From positions 104,462 through 168,461 of the forward strand of contig NIVC01001048.1 of NCBI GenBank assembly GCA_002269645.1: a DNA stretch of 64,000 nucleotides, in the 5' to 3' direction. The stretch is from Macrostomum lignano (lineage: Eukaryota). This document shows, one piece after another, positions 12,401-22,853 of this stretch (position 1 is the first letter of the stretch; each line of letters begins with the position of its first letter). The translations under genes were made by a program, and so were the position numbers. The notes below the pieces were generated by a model. That model searched no databases, was not told where the DNA came from, and worked only from the letters and a program-made list of their open reading frames with translations.

Positions 12401-15400
12401 TGCATCCAAGCACTTCTCGCATTCAGCAGTCAGGACAAAAAAGTTTGCTGAACTTGTCGCGGCTAAGCAGAGTGATGCCACACAGACAGAGCGCCTCAAG
12501 ATGCGATTGAAGCCATTCTGCCCAACACGGTTTGTGGACAGTATAGATTGCGTCTGACTTTCTGGCGGTCTTTGATGTGGCTGCAGAGTACTTTTATTCT
12601 GCGGACCTGTCTGTGTACAACAACATCGTCAACGCAGTGACTATCGTTGGCATTCATGTCCTTCAAGCACTGCTCGGTTCAATGCGTGGTCTTTCAGTCG
12701 TACTTCAGGCAAGTGCTTCTATCATATTTATGGAAATTTGATTTTTAATTGCTCTTTTGGAATTAACTGATTGCTCTTTGTTAGTTCTGAAGCTACTTTT
12801 TGTATATTAAAGTTGCTTTAAGTTTAATTAGTTAAGTAAGGGAATAGAAAATTAGTTAGTTTTTATAATTAACTTTGCCCTTCACTGAAGGGTGGGTGTT
12901 GGATTGTCGGTCTGTTAGATAGATAGAACCATGCAAATTGCAAAATGTTACGCATTATGATATGCCTGCACGATGTCAAGTTCATGTCATATTAATATTT
13001 ATGATTTTTTGTATGTGCATTTGGCTAATCTCATTTTCAACTTTTTTCATCGCAGGGGAAGGCCATGGACCTCATCGTTGCTAGCGAGGAGGCTGATCGA
13101 GTTCTCCAACTTCTAAGGACTTGGCGAAGTGACAGTTCGGATTCAAAATTCAAAGAGCTGTTTGAAGCTGCCGACAGACTTCATAAGCGACACAATGACG
13201 ATCAGCCAATTCCGAATAAGTACAGAGCACTTCCTTCGCAGCGCAGCCAACATCGCAGCAATGCACATAGTGGTGGTGCTTTTGAGAACTTTAAAGTGAA
13301 TGTCTGGTATCCTGCACTGGATCTCGTCATTTCCGAGCTCAGTGAGCGCTTTTCAAGATCAACCAAGATTGCCATGAAAATGACCAAGCTTTTACCCGCC
13401 AACTGCGTCAATGCAGATGCCACTCTGGCTGCAACGGAGGCATTCAACGAGTACAGCTTCTTTCTGGAGCCAGTCGCAATATGCTTAGCTGAATTTGAAC
13501 GCTGGCAAGCATTCTGTAAGAGCCTGCCATCAGCTGAGCGAAGTACCATGACCATCTCCGTCTCTCCGACACAATCAAGCGCTGCAATAAGGGTCTTTGG
13601 GCAAACATCCATGACCTACTGACGATCTTTCTCACTATCCCAGTGACAACTTGCACAGCTGAAAGATCATTTAGTATGCTTCGTCTTTTGAAGACCCATA
13701 CCAGGTCAACCATGGGTGAGAGCCGGCTGAACGGACTTGCAATGCTGTCAGTGCACAAAGACATTCAACTGCCATACAAGCGTGTGATTGAGGAATACTC
13801 ACGGCGTTTTGACACTCGCCTGCGGCTGTTGTAATTGTAATTGTGAACTCTTTACTGTGTCAGACTGCCAGTTTGTTGTTTTTATTTAGCATATTGCTCT
13901 ACAGCTCTAAAATATATTGGTGCTACATTGATTAGAAAGCAAAATATTGTTGAAAAGCTAAATTGATACATTGGAAAGCATAGTGCATGCTAGTGCAGCA
14001 AGTAAAAAACGATTTTCATTTACTCAAGCATTCAGAAAGAATTTTTTCTATTTTTTTCACTAAATTGTGCGATTTTCATCGAATTAGAAACTTGACTGGC
14101 TGTTCATAGCTACCTATCACCTACATATTTGATTTACGGCACTTTTCTTGTGAACTGTCATTGGGCCAGCAAGCTGTACAAGTAGCAGCAGCTTTACTCA
14201 TTTATATCCTTGCATCCCCCCCCCGTGAGAAATTCCTGGCTACGCCCCTGGCTGGTGGCCCAGCAACTGAGGATCCGGGAGGCTGGTGGCCCAGCAACTG
14301 AGGATCTGGGAGGCTGGTGGCCCAGCAACTGAGGATCTGGGAGGCTGGCGGCTCAGCAACTGAGGATCTGGGAGGCTGGTGGCCCAGCAACTGAGGATCT
14401 GGGAGGCTGGTGGCCCAGCAACTGAGGATCTGGGAGGCTGGTGGCCCAGCAACTGAGGATCTGGGAGGCTGGTGGCCCAGCAACTGAGGATCCGGGAGGC
14501 TGGTGGCCCAGCAACTGAGGATCTGGGAGGCTGGTGGCCCAGCAACTGAGGATCTGGGAGGCTGGTGGCTCAGCAACTGAGGATCTGGGTGGCTGGTGGC
14601 CCAGCAAATGAGGATCTGGGAGGCTGGTGGCCCAGCAACTGAGGATCTGGGAGGCTGGTGGCCCAGCAACTGAGGATCTGGGTGGCTGGTGGCCCAGCAA
14701 ATGAGGATCTGGGAGGCTGGTGGCCCAGCAACTGAGGATCTGGGAGGCTGGTGGCCCAGCAACTGAGGATCTGGGAGGCTGGCAGTGGCTCAGCAACTGA
14801 GGATCTGTGTGGCTGGTGGCCCAGCAACTGAGGATCTGGGAGGAAATTGCAAATTTCGGCAGCAGAAACTGCCAATTGCTGTCACAAAAAAGCAACAGTT
14901 CAGACCTGCTGCTGGCAGAAGTCGAGCAGGTAGTTCATTTTCTCGATGATGCCTTGCATACCGGGCAGCTTCAGCAGCAGCCTCATCAATGGCGTGCACC
15001 TGCTGCTGATCGGCAGGAACGCCAGCGCCTTGAAATTCTCTTCCTGAAAACGCGGATTTGCCGTGAACTCGTTGAAAGCGTCCAGGATGCGCTCGAACTC
15101 GGGATTATCCGAGGCCAGCCGGCTGCCGAATACCAGCTGGCAGATGACGTTCGAGACGCTGCGCCCGAGCACCAGGTTGACGTCGATGGCTTCGCTGCCG
15201 CCTCGGGTGGCGATCTCGGAGCACAGCTCCTCAGCCTCCAGCGAGATGCAGTGCTCGGCGCCGCGCCGGCCGAGTCCGAAATCGCGCAGAGTATGCAGAG
15301 TGAACCGGCGGTACTGCTTCCACAGCTCACCGTCTGTGCCAACCAGGCCTACGGGGCATTGTGGGGTGCTATGCTCGATCCTGATTGGCTGTGGCGCTCT

Positions 15401-16089
15401 GGCTTGTTACTATAAACTACTCTTTGCAGCGATGCTCGATTCTGATTGGCTGCGGCGCTCTGGCCTGTCCCTACGTACCTCTTGCCGCGATGCTCGATTT
15501 TGATTTGCTGCGGCCCTCAGCTGGCTTGTCTCTACCAAACTACTCTTTGCAGCGATGCTCGATTTTGATTGGCTGCGGCCCTCAGCTGGCTTGTCTCTAC
15601 CAAACTACTCTTTGCAGCGATGCTCGATTCTGATTGGCTGCGGCCCTCAGCTGGCTTGTCTCTACCAAACTACTCTTTGCAGCGATGCTCGATTCTGATT
15701 GGCTGTGGCCTTGTGACCCTCCTGCCCACTCCCCGTCGTGTTGTCAAAAAACGAGACTCACCCCCATTGCTACCAATGAGAAGTTCGATCGGTTTTTGAG
15801 TGACCCGACCGCTCAAAGCTTCGGCATTATCAACCATAGCCTCTCGAAAAGCGGCATAACTATTCAGATAGTACATCCTGGTTGGGCCGAGAAAGAACAG
15901 CACAAGATGGTCGCGAGCAAATCTCTCCGACATAAATCGGTACAGAGGTCGTTCTAGGTAACGAAAACTACCAATTATAGGATCGGAGCCGGGACACGGC
16001 GGATCCGACTTCTGTGGTTTAGTCAGCCGGTAGAGATAGCCGAAGAGAAGAACTCCGGCTGAGTCAATTAGCACTACTGGCAGTAGCAT
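6228..16089 (-). CDS. Cytochrome P450, CYP2 clan, 5 exons (16089-15762, 15348-14906, 10269-10151, 7689-7229, 6497-6228), about 540 aa; two 1-nt frameshifts in exon 4
   Basis: N-terminal hydrophobic anchor plus Pro-rich hinge; WKQYRRF (WxxxR); LRDFGLG; I-helix [10 protein letters not shown]; K-helix EEVQR; FKPERY; heme loop [10 protein letters not shown]. All introns are GT-AG with matching phases. The exons sum to 1621 nt and restoring the 2 missing bases gives 541 codons. Confidence 0.92.
6780..7228. repeat. Intronic degenerate tandem repeats (~20-bp CCACCCCACTAACATCTAATC and ~40-bp AATCTCACCTCACCAATATCCAATCTCACATCGAAAATCT)
   Basis: Visible in P450 intron 4, running up to the exon-4 donor. 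Confidence 0.85.
7229..7689 (-). CDS. P450 exon 4 (I- and K-helices, PERF); frameshifts near 7570 and 7530
   Basis: [12 protein letters not shown][fs][14 protein letters not shown][fs][36 protein letters not shown]...FKPERYLD; donor CAG|GTGAGA. Confidence 0.88.
7725..10020. repeat. 23-bp minisatellite, about 100 copies (GAAGTCACCTGAAGTATCTGAAT), filling P450 intron 3
   Basis: Directly visible; the variant changes along the array (GTACCTCAGT at the left end, GTATCTGAAT further right). Confidence 0.97.
10151..10269 (-). CDS. P450 exon 3
   Basis: Acceptor ACCAG; [27 protein letters not shown] (RDYIxAxL motif); donor AG|GTGAAA. Confidence 0.8.
10421..14250 (+). mobile_element. hAT DNA transposon, 3830 bp, full length, in P450 intron 2 (antisense to the host gene)
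   Basis: 8-bp TSD GCTGGTGG at 10413-10420 and 14251-14258. Imperfect TIRs: left CAGTGGCGTAGGCAAG, right reverse complement CAGGGGCGTAGCCAGG. Contains a transposase. Confidence 0.95.
10961..13834 (+). pseudogene. hAT transposase (ZMYM1/P52rIPK-like, DUF4371 + hAT dimerisation type) with several frameshifts and one GC-AG intron (12709-13055)
   Basis: Motifs [47 protein letters not shown] (catalytic D), GYDGAS (D), [11 protein letters not shown] (CxxH), [21 protein letters not shown] (E), [18 protein letters not shown]. Frame changes near 11005, 11885, 12243, 12553 and 13561. Confidence 0.9.
14906..15348 (-). CDS. P450 exon 2
   Basis: Acceptor CCGTAG; [27 protein letters not shown]...[12 protein letters not shown]...FCQQQ; donor CAG|GTCTGA. 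Confidence 0.9.
15380..15712. repeat. ~63-bp tandem repeat, about 5 copies, in P450 intron 1, containing GATTCTGATTGGCTG
   Basis: Directly visible. Confidence 0.9.
15762..16089 (-). CDS. P450 exon 1 (membrane anchor, Pro-rich hinge)
   Basis: ATG at 16089, [22 protein letters not shown]...[11 protein letters not shown]; donor G|GTGAGT at 15761. Confidence 0.85.
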
Positions 16090-16179
16090 GATGCAGCTCA
16101 CGTTTTTTGAAAAAAAAGCAGAAACGTAAATTCAACATGGTAGCTATTTTAGCGACTAAAGTAGAGTTGACTAGCAAAT

Positions 16180-18355
16180 AGTCAGGAGCCGATGTGTACA
16201 CCTCGATTGAGCTAGGAGTTCTGTCAGGAGCTGGTGTGTACACCTGGATTGAGCTAGGAACTGGTCAGGAGAGCTGGTGTGTACACTTGGATTGAGCTAG
16301 GAGCTGGTCAGAAGAGCTGGTGTGTACACCTGAATTGAGCTAGTAGTTCTATCAGGAGATGGTGTGTACACCTGGACTGAGCTAGGAGTTCTATCAGGAG
16401 AGCTGGTGTGTACACCTGAATTGAGCTAGTAGTTCTATCAGGAGATGGTGTGTACACCTGGACTGAGCTAGGAGTTCTATCAGGAGCCGGTGTGTACACC
16501 TGGTCTGAGCTAGGAGTTCTATCAGGAGATGGTGTGTACACCTGAATTGAGCTAGTAGTTCTATCAGGAGATGGTGTGTACACCTGGACTGAGCTAGGAG
16601 TTCTATCAGGAGCCGGTGTGTACACCTGGACTGAGCTAGGAGTTCTATCAGGAGATGGTGTGTACACCTGAATTGAGCTAGTAGTTCTATCAGGAGCCGG
16701 TGTGTACACCTGGACTGAGCTAGGAGTTCTATCAGGAGATGGTGTGTACACCTGAATTGAGCTAGTAGTTCTATCAGGAGATGGTGTGTACACCTGGACT
16801 GAGCTAGGAGTTCTATCAGGAGCCGGTGTGTACACCTGGACTGAGCTAGGAGTTCTATCAGGAGCCGGTGTGTACACCTGGACTGAGCTAGGAGTTCTAT
16901 CAGGAGAGCTGGTGTGTACACCTGGACTGAGCTAGGAGTTCTATCAGGAGATGGTGTGTACACCTGAATTGAGCTAGTAGTTCTATCAGGAGCCGGTGTG
17001 TACACCTGGACTGAGCTAGGAGTTCTATCAGGAGATGGTGTGTACACCTGAATTGAGCTAGTAGTTCTATCAGGAGATGGTGTGTACACCTGGACTGAGC
17101 TAGGAGTTCTATCAGGAGCCGGTGTGTACACCTGGACTGAGCTAGGAGTTCTATCAGGAGCCGGTGTGTACACCTGGACTGAGCTAGGAGTTCTATCAGG
17201 AGCCGGTGTGTACACCTGGACTGAGCTAGGAGTTCTATCAGGAGCCGGTGTGTACACCTGGACTGAGCTAGGAGTTCTATCAGGAGCCGGTGTGTACACC
17301 TGGACTGAGCTAGGAGTTCTATCAGGAGCCGGTGTGTACACCTGGACTGAGCTAGGAGTTCTATCAGGAGCCGGTGTGTACACCTGGACTGAGCTAGGAG
17401 TTCTATCAGGAGCCGGTGTGTACACCTGGACTGAGCTAGGAGTTCTATCAGGAGCCGGTGTGTACACCTGGACTGAGCTAGGAGTTCTATCAGGAGCCGG
17501 TGTGTACACCTGGACTGAGCTAGGAGTTCTATCAGGAGCCGGTGTGTACACCTGGACTGAGCTAGGAGTTCTATCAGGAGCCGGTGTGTACACCTGGACT
17601 GAGCTAGGAGTTCTATCAGGAGCCGGTGTGTACACCTGGACTGAGCTAGGAGTTCTATCAGGAGCCGGTGTGTACACCTGGACTGAGCTAGGAGTTCTAT
17701 CAGGAGAGCTGGTGTGTACACCTGGACTGAGCTAGGAGTTCTATCAGGAGCCGGTGTGTACACCTGGACTGAGCTAGGAGTTCTATCAGGAGCCGGTGTG
17801 TACACCTGGACTGAGCTAGGAGTTCTATCAGGAGCCGGTGTGTACACCTGGACTGAGCTAGGAGTTCTATCAGGAGCCGGTGTGTACACCTGGACTGAGC
17901 TAGGAGTTCTATCAGGAGCCGGTGTGTACACCTGGACTGAGCTAGGAGTTCTATCAGGAGAGCTGGTGTGTACACCTGGACTGAGCTAGGAGTTCTATCA
18001 GGAGCCGGTGTGTACACCTGGACTGAGCTAGGAGTTCTATCAGGAGCCGGTGTGTACACCTGGACTGAGCTAGGAGTTCTATCAGGAGCCGGTGTGTACA
18101 CCTGGACTGAGCTAGGAGTTCTATCAGGAGCCGGTGTGTACACCTGGACTGAGCTAGGAGTTCTATCAGGAGCCGGTGTGTACACCTGGACTGAGCTAGG
18201 AGTTCTATCAGGAGCCGGTGTGTACACCTGGACTGAGCTAGGAGTTCTATCAGGAGAGCTGGTGTGTACACCTGGACTGAGCTAGGAGTTCTATCAGGAG
18301 CCGGTGTGTACAACTCGATTGAGCTAGGAGTTCTATCAGGAGCCGGTGTGTACTT
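16180..18355. repeat. 42-bp minisatellite, about 52 copies (GAGCCGGTGTGTACACCTGGACTGAGCTAGGAGTTCTATCAG), just upstream of the P450 start codon
   Basis: Near-identical contiguous units with no spacers; periodic +1 variant GAGAGCTGG. It explains ORFs 16308-18385. Confidence 0.97.
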
Positions 18356-19304
18356 GTCCGGGAAAAATTGTTGACAGTCTGGCAATAATTTAGGCTTGTA
18401 TCAATTTGATGCATTTGCATTCAATTATTGGATTTGATGAAATGAAATTAATGAAAAAAGAATGCCAATAAAAGTTCAAATCGAGTATATGTACGAATAC
18501 GATTATATATATATATATAGAGGACTTAAGCATACTTGTTAACTGACAGCTGATTATATAAGATAATACTATATTTAAACGGTGCTTGCATTTAGAAAAT
18601 TTGTGGCAAATTATCGATCGGGGCCTGAAATCTGTCGCCTCGCAGCTCAGTTAAATCGTGTTGTTATTGGTTGAGCTAAATGCACCACAATTATCCATTG
18701 ATTATATTCAATAATTGGTTGTTAGGTTAGTTAAATTTACGACTACACAGTATACACAAAAAGTATGCAATTAATTACACATCGGAGCGAACGAGGTGCC
18801 AGTTTTAAATGTTTACATGAACAATACATGCCATAGGCCTTGCACACGGAGCAGAAAAGGAGTAACAGCAAAAAAATACAGCGGTTTTAATTTCAAGTGC
18901 CAATGATAATTAATGTTAATTAATCGACCATTGGGGAATTATAAAAACTAAAGAAAAAAGAAGAATCAGTTTTTGTTCATTCTATGCTATTAATAAGCAA
19001 ATAAAAGCAGTGTTTACAAACAAGTAAGTTGACACAAATATATATAGAAATATATAAACACGCGGGGCAGCCTCAGAGTTCGCGTGGAGCAGGACTAGGT
19101 TAAAAAATGTTACAATGAAAATTACAATAAGATTATAAACATTCAATACAATTGCCATCTCTGATTCCGACAAGATGCTTCAAATAACAAGATATGTCAC
19201 GAGCAAAAATGCGCTCATTTACTTTTCTCAGTAGCAAAATTAGCGTTTTTCTGTCTTTATCTTAGTAGAATAAAAATTATTTGGCTGGGCACCAGATCGG
19301 GACT

Positions 19305-19715
19305 GCCCCCTAGGCTAACTTTCGTCCGTCTGACTTTGACCTCTCTCCTTACTGCTCTCTCATTGGCTGAGCTAGATGGGGCCAGCCCCAAGGCTAACTT
19401 TCGTCCGCCAGACTTTGGCCTCTCTCCTTACTGCTCTCCCATTGGCTGAGCCAGATTGGCCCAGCCCCAAGGCTAACTTTCGTGCGTCTGACTTTGACCT
19501 CTCTCCTTACTGCTCTCTCATTGGCTGAGCCAGCCCCTAGACTAACTTTCGTCCGTCTGACTTTGACCTCTTTTCTTACTGCTCTCTCATTGGCGGAGCG
19601 CCAGATTGGGCCTGCCCTATAGGCTAACTTTTGTCCGTCTGACTTTGACCTCTCTCCTTACTGCTCTCTCATTGGCTGAGCTAGATTGGACCAGCCCCCT
19701 AGGCAAACTTTCGTC
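19305..19715. repeat. ~70-85-bp tandem repeat, 5 copies (GGCTAACTTTCGTCCGTCTGACTTTGACCTCTCTCCTTACTGCTCTCTCATTGGCTGAG...)
   Basis: Directly visible. Confidence 0.9.
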
Positions 19716-20184
19716 TGTCTTGCGTTCACTTGTGTACACAAGATGGCTGTTTGTTGCTCATTCTCCACCAATATGCTGCCGAGGCCGCAAATCCGTAGGA
19801 AGAAAAAAGAAATTTCAGCTGTCACATTAAATTTAAGTGACACTGCGCAGAGAAACTACTGAAAAAGGTAGCGCTTAACTTTTTATCTATTTTAATCGCG
19901 AGTGACATTTCTAATTATTCTAATATCTGTACTGATGACGGATGTACCAAAACAAGCTTTTATCAGTATCACTGCAGAAGTTTGAACAGACACTAGGATA
20001 AACATGAAGAGGATTTAGGGTGCACAATAGTTAATAGCAATGTCGCGCGATGGTCGCGGTACGGCCTATATTAAAGTTTTCAAGCCTATGAAATATATAT
20101 TGCACCAAACTATCACATATTATATGGAACTATGATTTTTCATGACCCACTGCCTCATGGTATCAAACTATGGTTTATTCTGTC

Positions 20185-20600
20185 AAACTATGACCCATTC
20201 TGCTAAGCGATGACCTATTCTGTCGAACTATGACCTATTCTGTCAAACTATGACCTATTCTGTCAAACTATGACCTATTCTGTCAAACTATGACCTATTC
20301 TGTCAAACTATGACCTATTCTGTCAAACTATGACCTATTCTGTCAAACTATGACCTATTCTGTCAAACCTATTCTGTGAAACTATGACCTATTCTGTGAA
20401 ACTATGACCTATTCTGTGAAACTATGACCTATTCTGTCAAACTATGACCTATTCTGTCAAACTATGACCTATTCTGTCAAACCTATTCTGTGAAACTATG
20501 ACCTATTCTGTGAAACTATGACCTATTCTGTCAAACTATGACCTATTTTGTCAAACTATGACCTATTCTGTCAAAATATGACACACAGTTGAACTACGAC
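20185..20600. repeat. 20-bp minisatellite (TGACCTATTCTGTCAAACTA)
   Basis: Directly visible. Confidence 0.95.
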
Positions 20601-20789
20601 CCCATTATTAAACTATGAACAATATTTTATCAAAATATAAACTAGCTAAAAGGTTAAATTAGCGTAATTAAACTTTATTTAAACAGAGAACATAAAACTC
20701 AAAGCGCAGACAGCACACGTACATGATAACACCCATAACTACAAGCTAGCCGTAGGGAATGTCCAGTTAATCTAAATTAACAAAAGCAG

Positions 20790-21439
20790 TTACAGTCGCA
20801 CAGAGCTGGCCGCATTCGAAGACACCGAAGCGCCAGTGTGCTGGCCGTGCAACCATTGAAGCAGAAATTCGCAAGCAAACTGATCCAGCATTGGCGGATT
20901 GCCAGACAGCTCTGGGCGCTGTTTAAGCAGCTCATTGCGGATGTGCACAAACTGCATCGGGTATTGCGCCTTCAATAAGCTGATCTGTTGCTGTTGCTGT
21001 TGCTGCTGCTGCAGAAGAAGCCTTTGTTGTTGTTGCTGCTGCTGCTGCTGATTTAGAGAGGCCGAACCAGCAGGCGGAGCTGGGGTTAGTTGCGGCGGAC
21101 CTCCGGCCCGATTTCGGGCTTGCTGACGCGAGGCACCACCGCTGCTTCCAGCTCGCATGGATTGCTGCTGCTGCTGCATCTGCTGCCATTGCTGCATGCG
21201 CAGCTGCTGCTGGTACATCTGCTGAGCATAGGCCATGCTGGCTGCGGCAGCTGCAGAGGCGCCCGATTGATTCTGCTGCTGAGGCGGCGGAGGCGGCGGT
21301 CGATAAGTGCGCTCGTCTTCGTATTCGCGCCAGGCTTCGCGACGCTCCTCTTCGGTGAGCACCTCGCTCTCGATGTTCTCCAGCAGCGAGTCGTGCAAGT
21401 GGTAGCGAGAGATCCAGCGGGCCTCCTTGGCAAGTAGGT
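20790..21439 (-). CDS. ATRX: ATRX last exon (HDSLL motif, Q-rich tail)
   Basis: Acceptor ACACAG; [22 protein letters not shown]...; stop at 20792-20790. Confidence 0.9.
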
Positions 21440-21522
21440 CTGTGTTGCGAAATAATCGGATTGAAAAAAGTAAACCTATTATTGCTAGTATTGTTAGTCA
21501 TTTAGGTTAGAAACACAGACAT

Positions 21523-21583
<61 letters not shown>

Positions 21584-21696
21584 AAGATAGGCAGGCAGAC
21601 AAACAGACAGACAGGCAGAAAGACACTAAGACACTAAGACAGACAGACAGACAGACAAATAGATAGACAGACAGACAAACAGACAGACAGATAGAA

Positions 21697-21727
<31 letters not shown>

Positions 21728-21732
21728 TAGAT

Positions 21733-21763
<31 letters not shown>

Positions 21764-21780
21764 TAGACAGACAGATAGAA

Positions 21781-21831
<51 letters not shown>

Positions 21832-22028
21832 TAGACAGACAGACATACAGACAGACAGACCGACAGATAGACAGACATACAGACAGACAGACAGATAGAC
21901 AGACAGACAGAAAGATAGGCAGGCAGACAAACAGACAGACAGGCAGAAAGACACTAAGACACTAAGACAGACAGACAGACAGACAGACAGATAGACAGAA
22001 AGACAGACAAACAGACAGACAGATAGAA

Positions 22029-22081
<53 letters not shown>

Positions 22082-22180
22082 TACAGACAGACAGACCGAC
22101 AGATAGACAGACAGACAGACAGACAGATAGACAGACAGACAGACAGACCGACAGACAGACAGACAGACCGACAGATAGAC

Positions 22181-22255
<75 letters not shown>

Positions 22256-22280
22256 TACTCAGACAGACAGACAGACCGAC

Positions 22281-22312
<32 letters not shown>

Positions 22313-22384
22313 CGACAGATAGACAGACAGATAGACAGACAGACAGACCGACAGATAGACAGACAGACAGACCGACAGATAGAC

Positions 22385-22439
<55 letters not shown>

Positions 22440-22492
22440 TAGACAGACAGACAGACCGACAGACAGACAGACAGACAGACCGACAGATAGAC

Positions 22493-22527
<35 letters not shown>

Positions 22528-22556
22528 TACTCAGACAGACAGACAGACCGACAGAC

Positions 22557-22588
<32 letters not shown>

Positions 22589-22624
22589 CGACAGATAGAC
22601 AGACAGACAGACCGACAGATAGAC

Positions 22625-22660
<36 letters not shown>

Positions 22661-22672
22661 CGACAGATAGAC

Positions 22673-22711
<39 letters not shown>

Positions 22712-22740
22712 TACTCAGACAGACAGACAGACCGACAGAC

Positions 22741-22787
<47 letters not shown>

Positions 22788-22816
22788 TACTCAGACAGAC
22801 AGACAGACCGACAGAC

Positions 22817-22853
<37 letters not shown>

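Larger units (their letters stand above)
10330..14845. repeat. 30-bp minisatellite (GGCCCAGCAACTGAGGATCTGGGAGGCTGG/T) split by the hAT insertion: about 3 copies at 10330-10420 and about 19 at 14251-14845
   Basis: Same unit on both sides of the element; the element's TSD is part of a unit. Confidence 0.93.

Noticed and set aside
16180-18355. CRISPR array (regular ~42-bp period with a palindromic core)
   Set aside because: Units are contiguous and near-identical with no unique spacers, there are no cas genes, and the context is eukaryotic. The same applies to all other arrays in the window.
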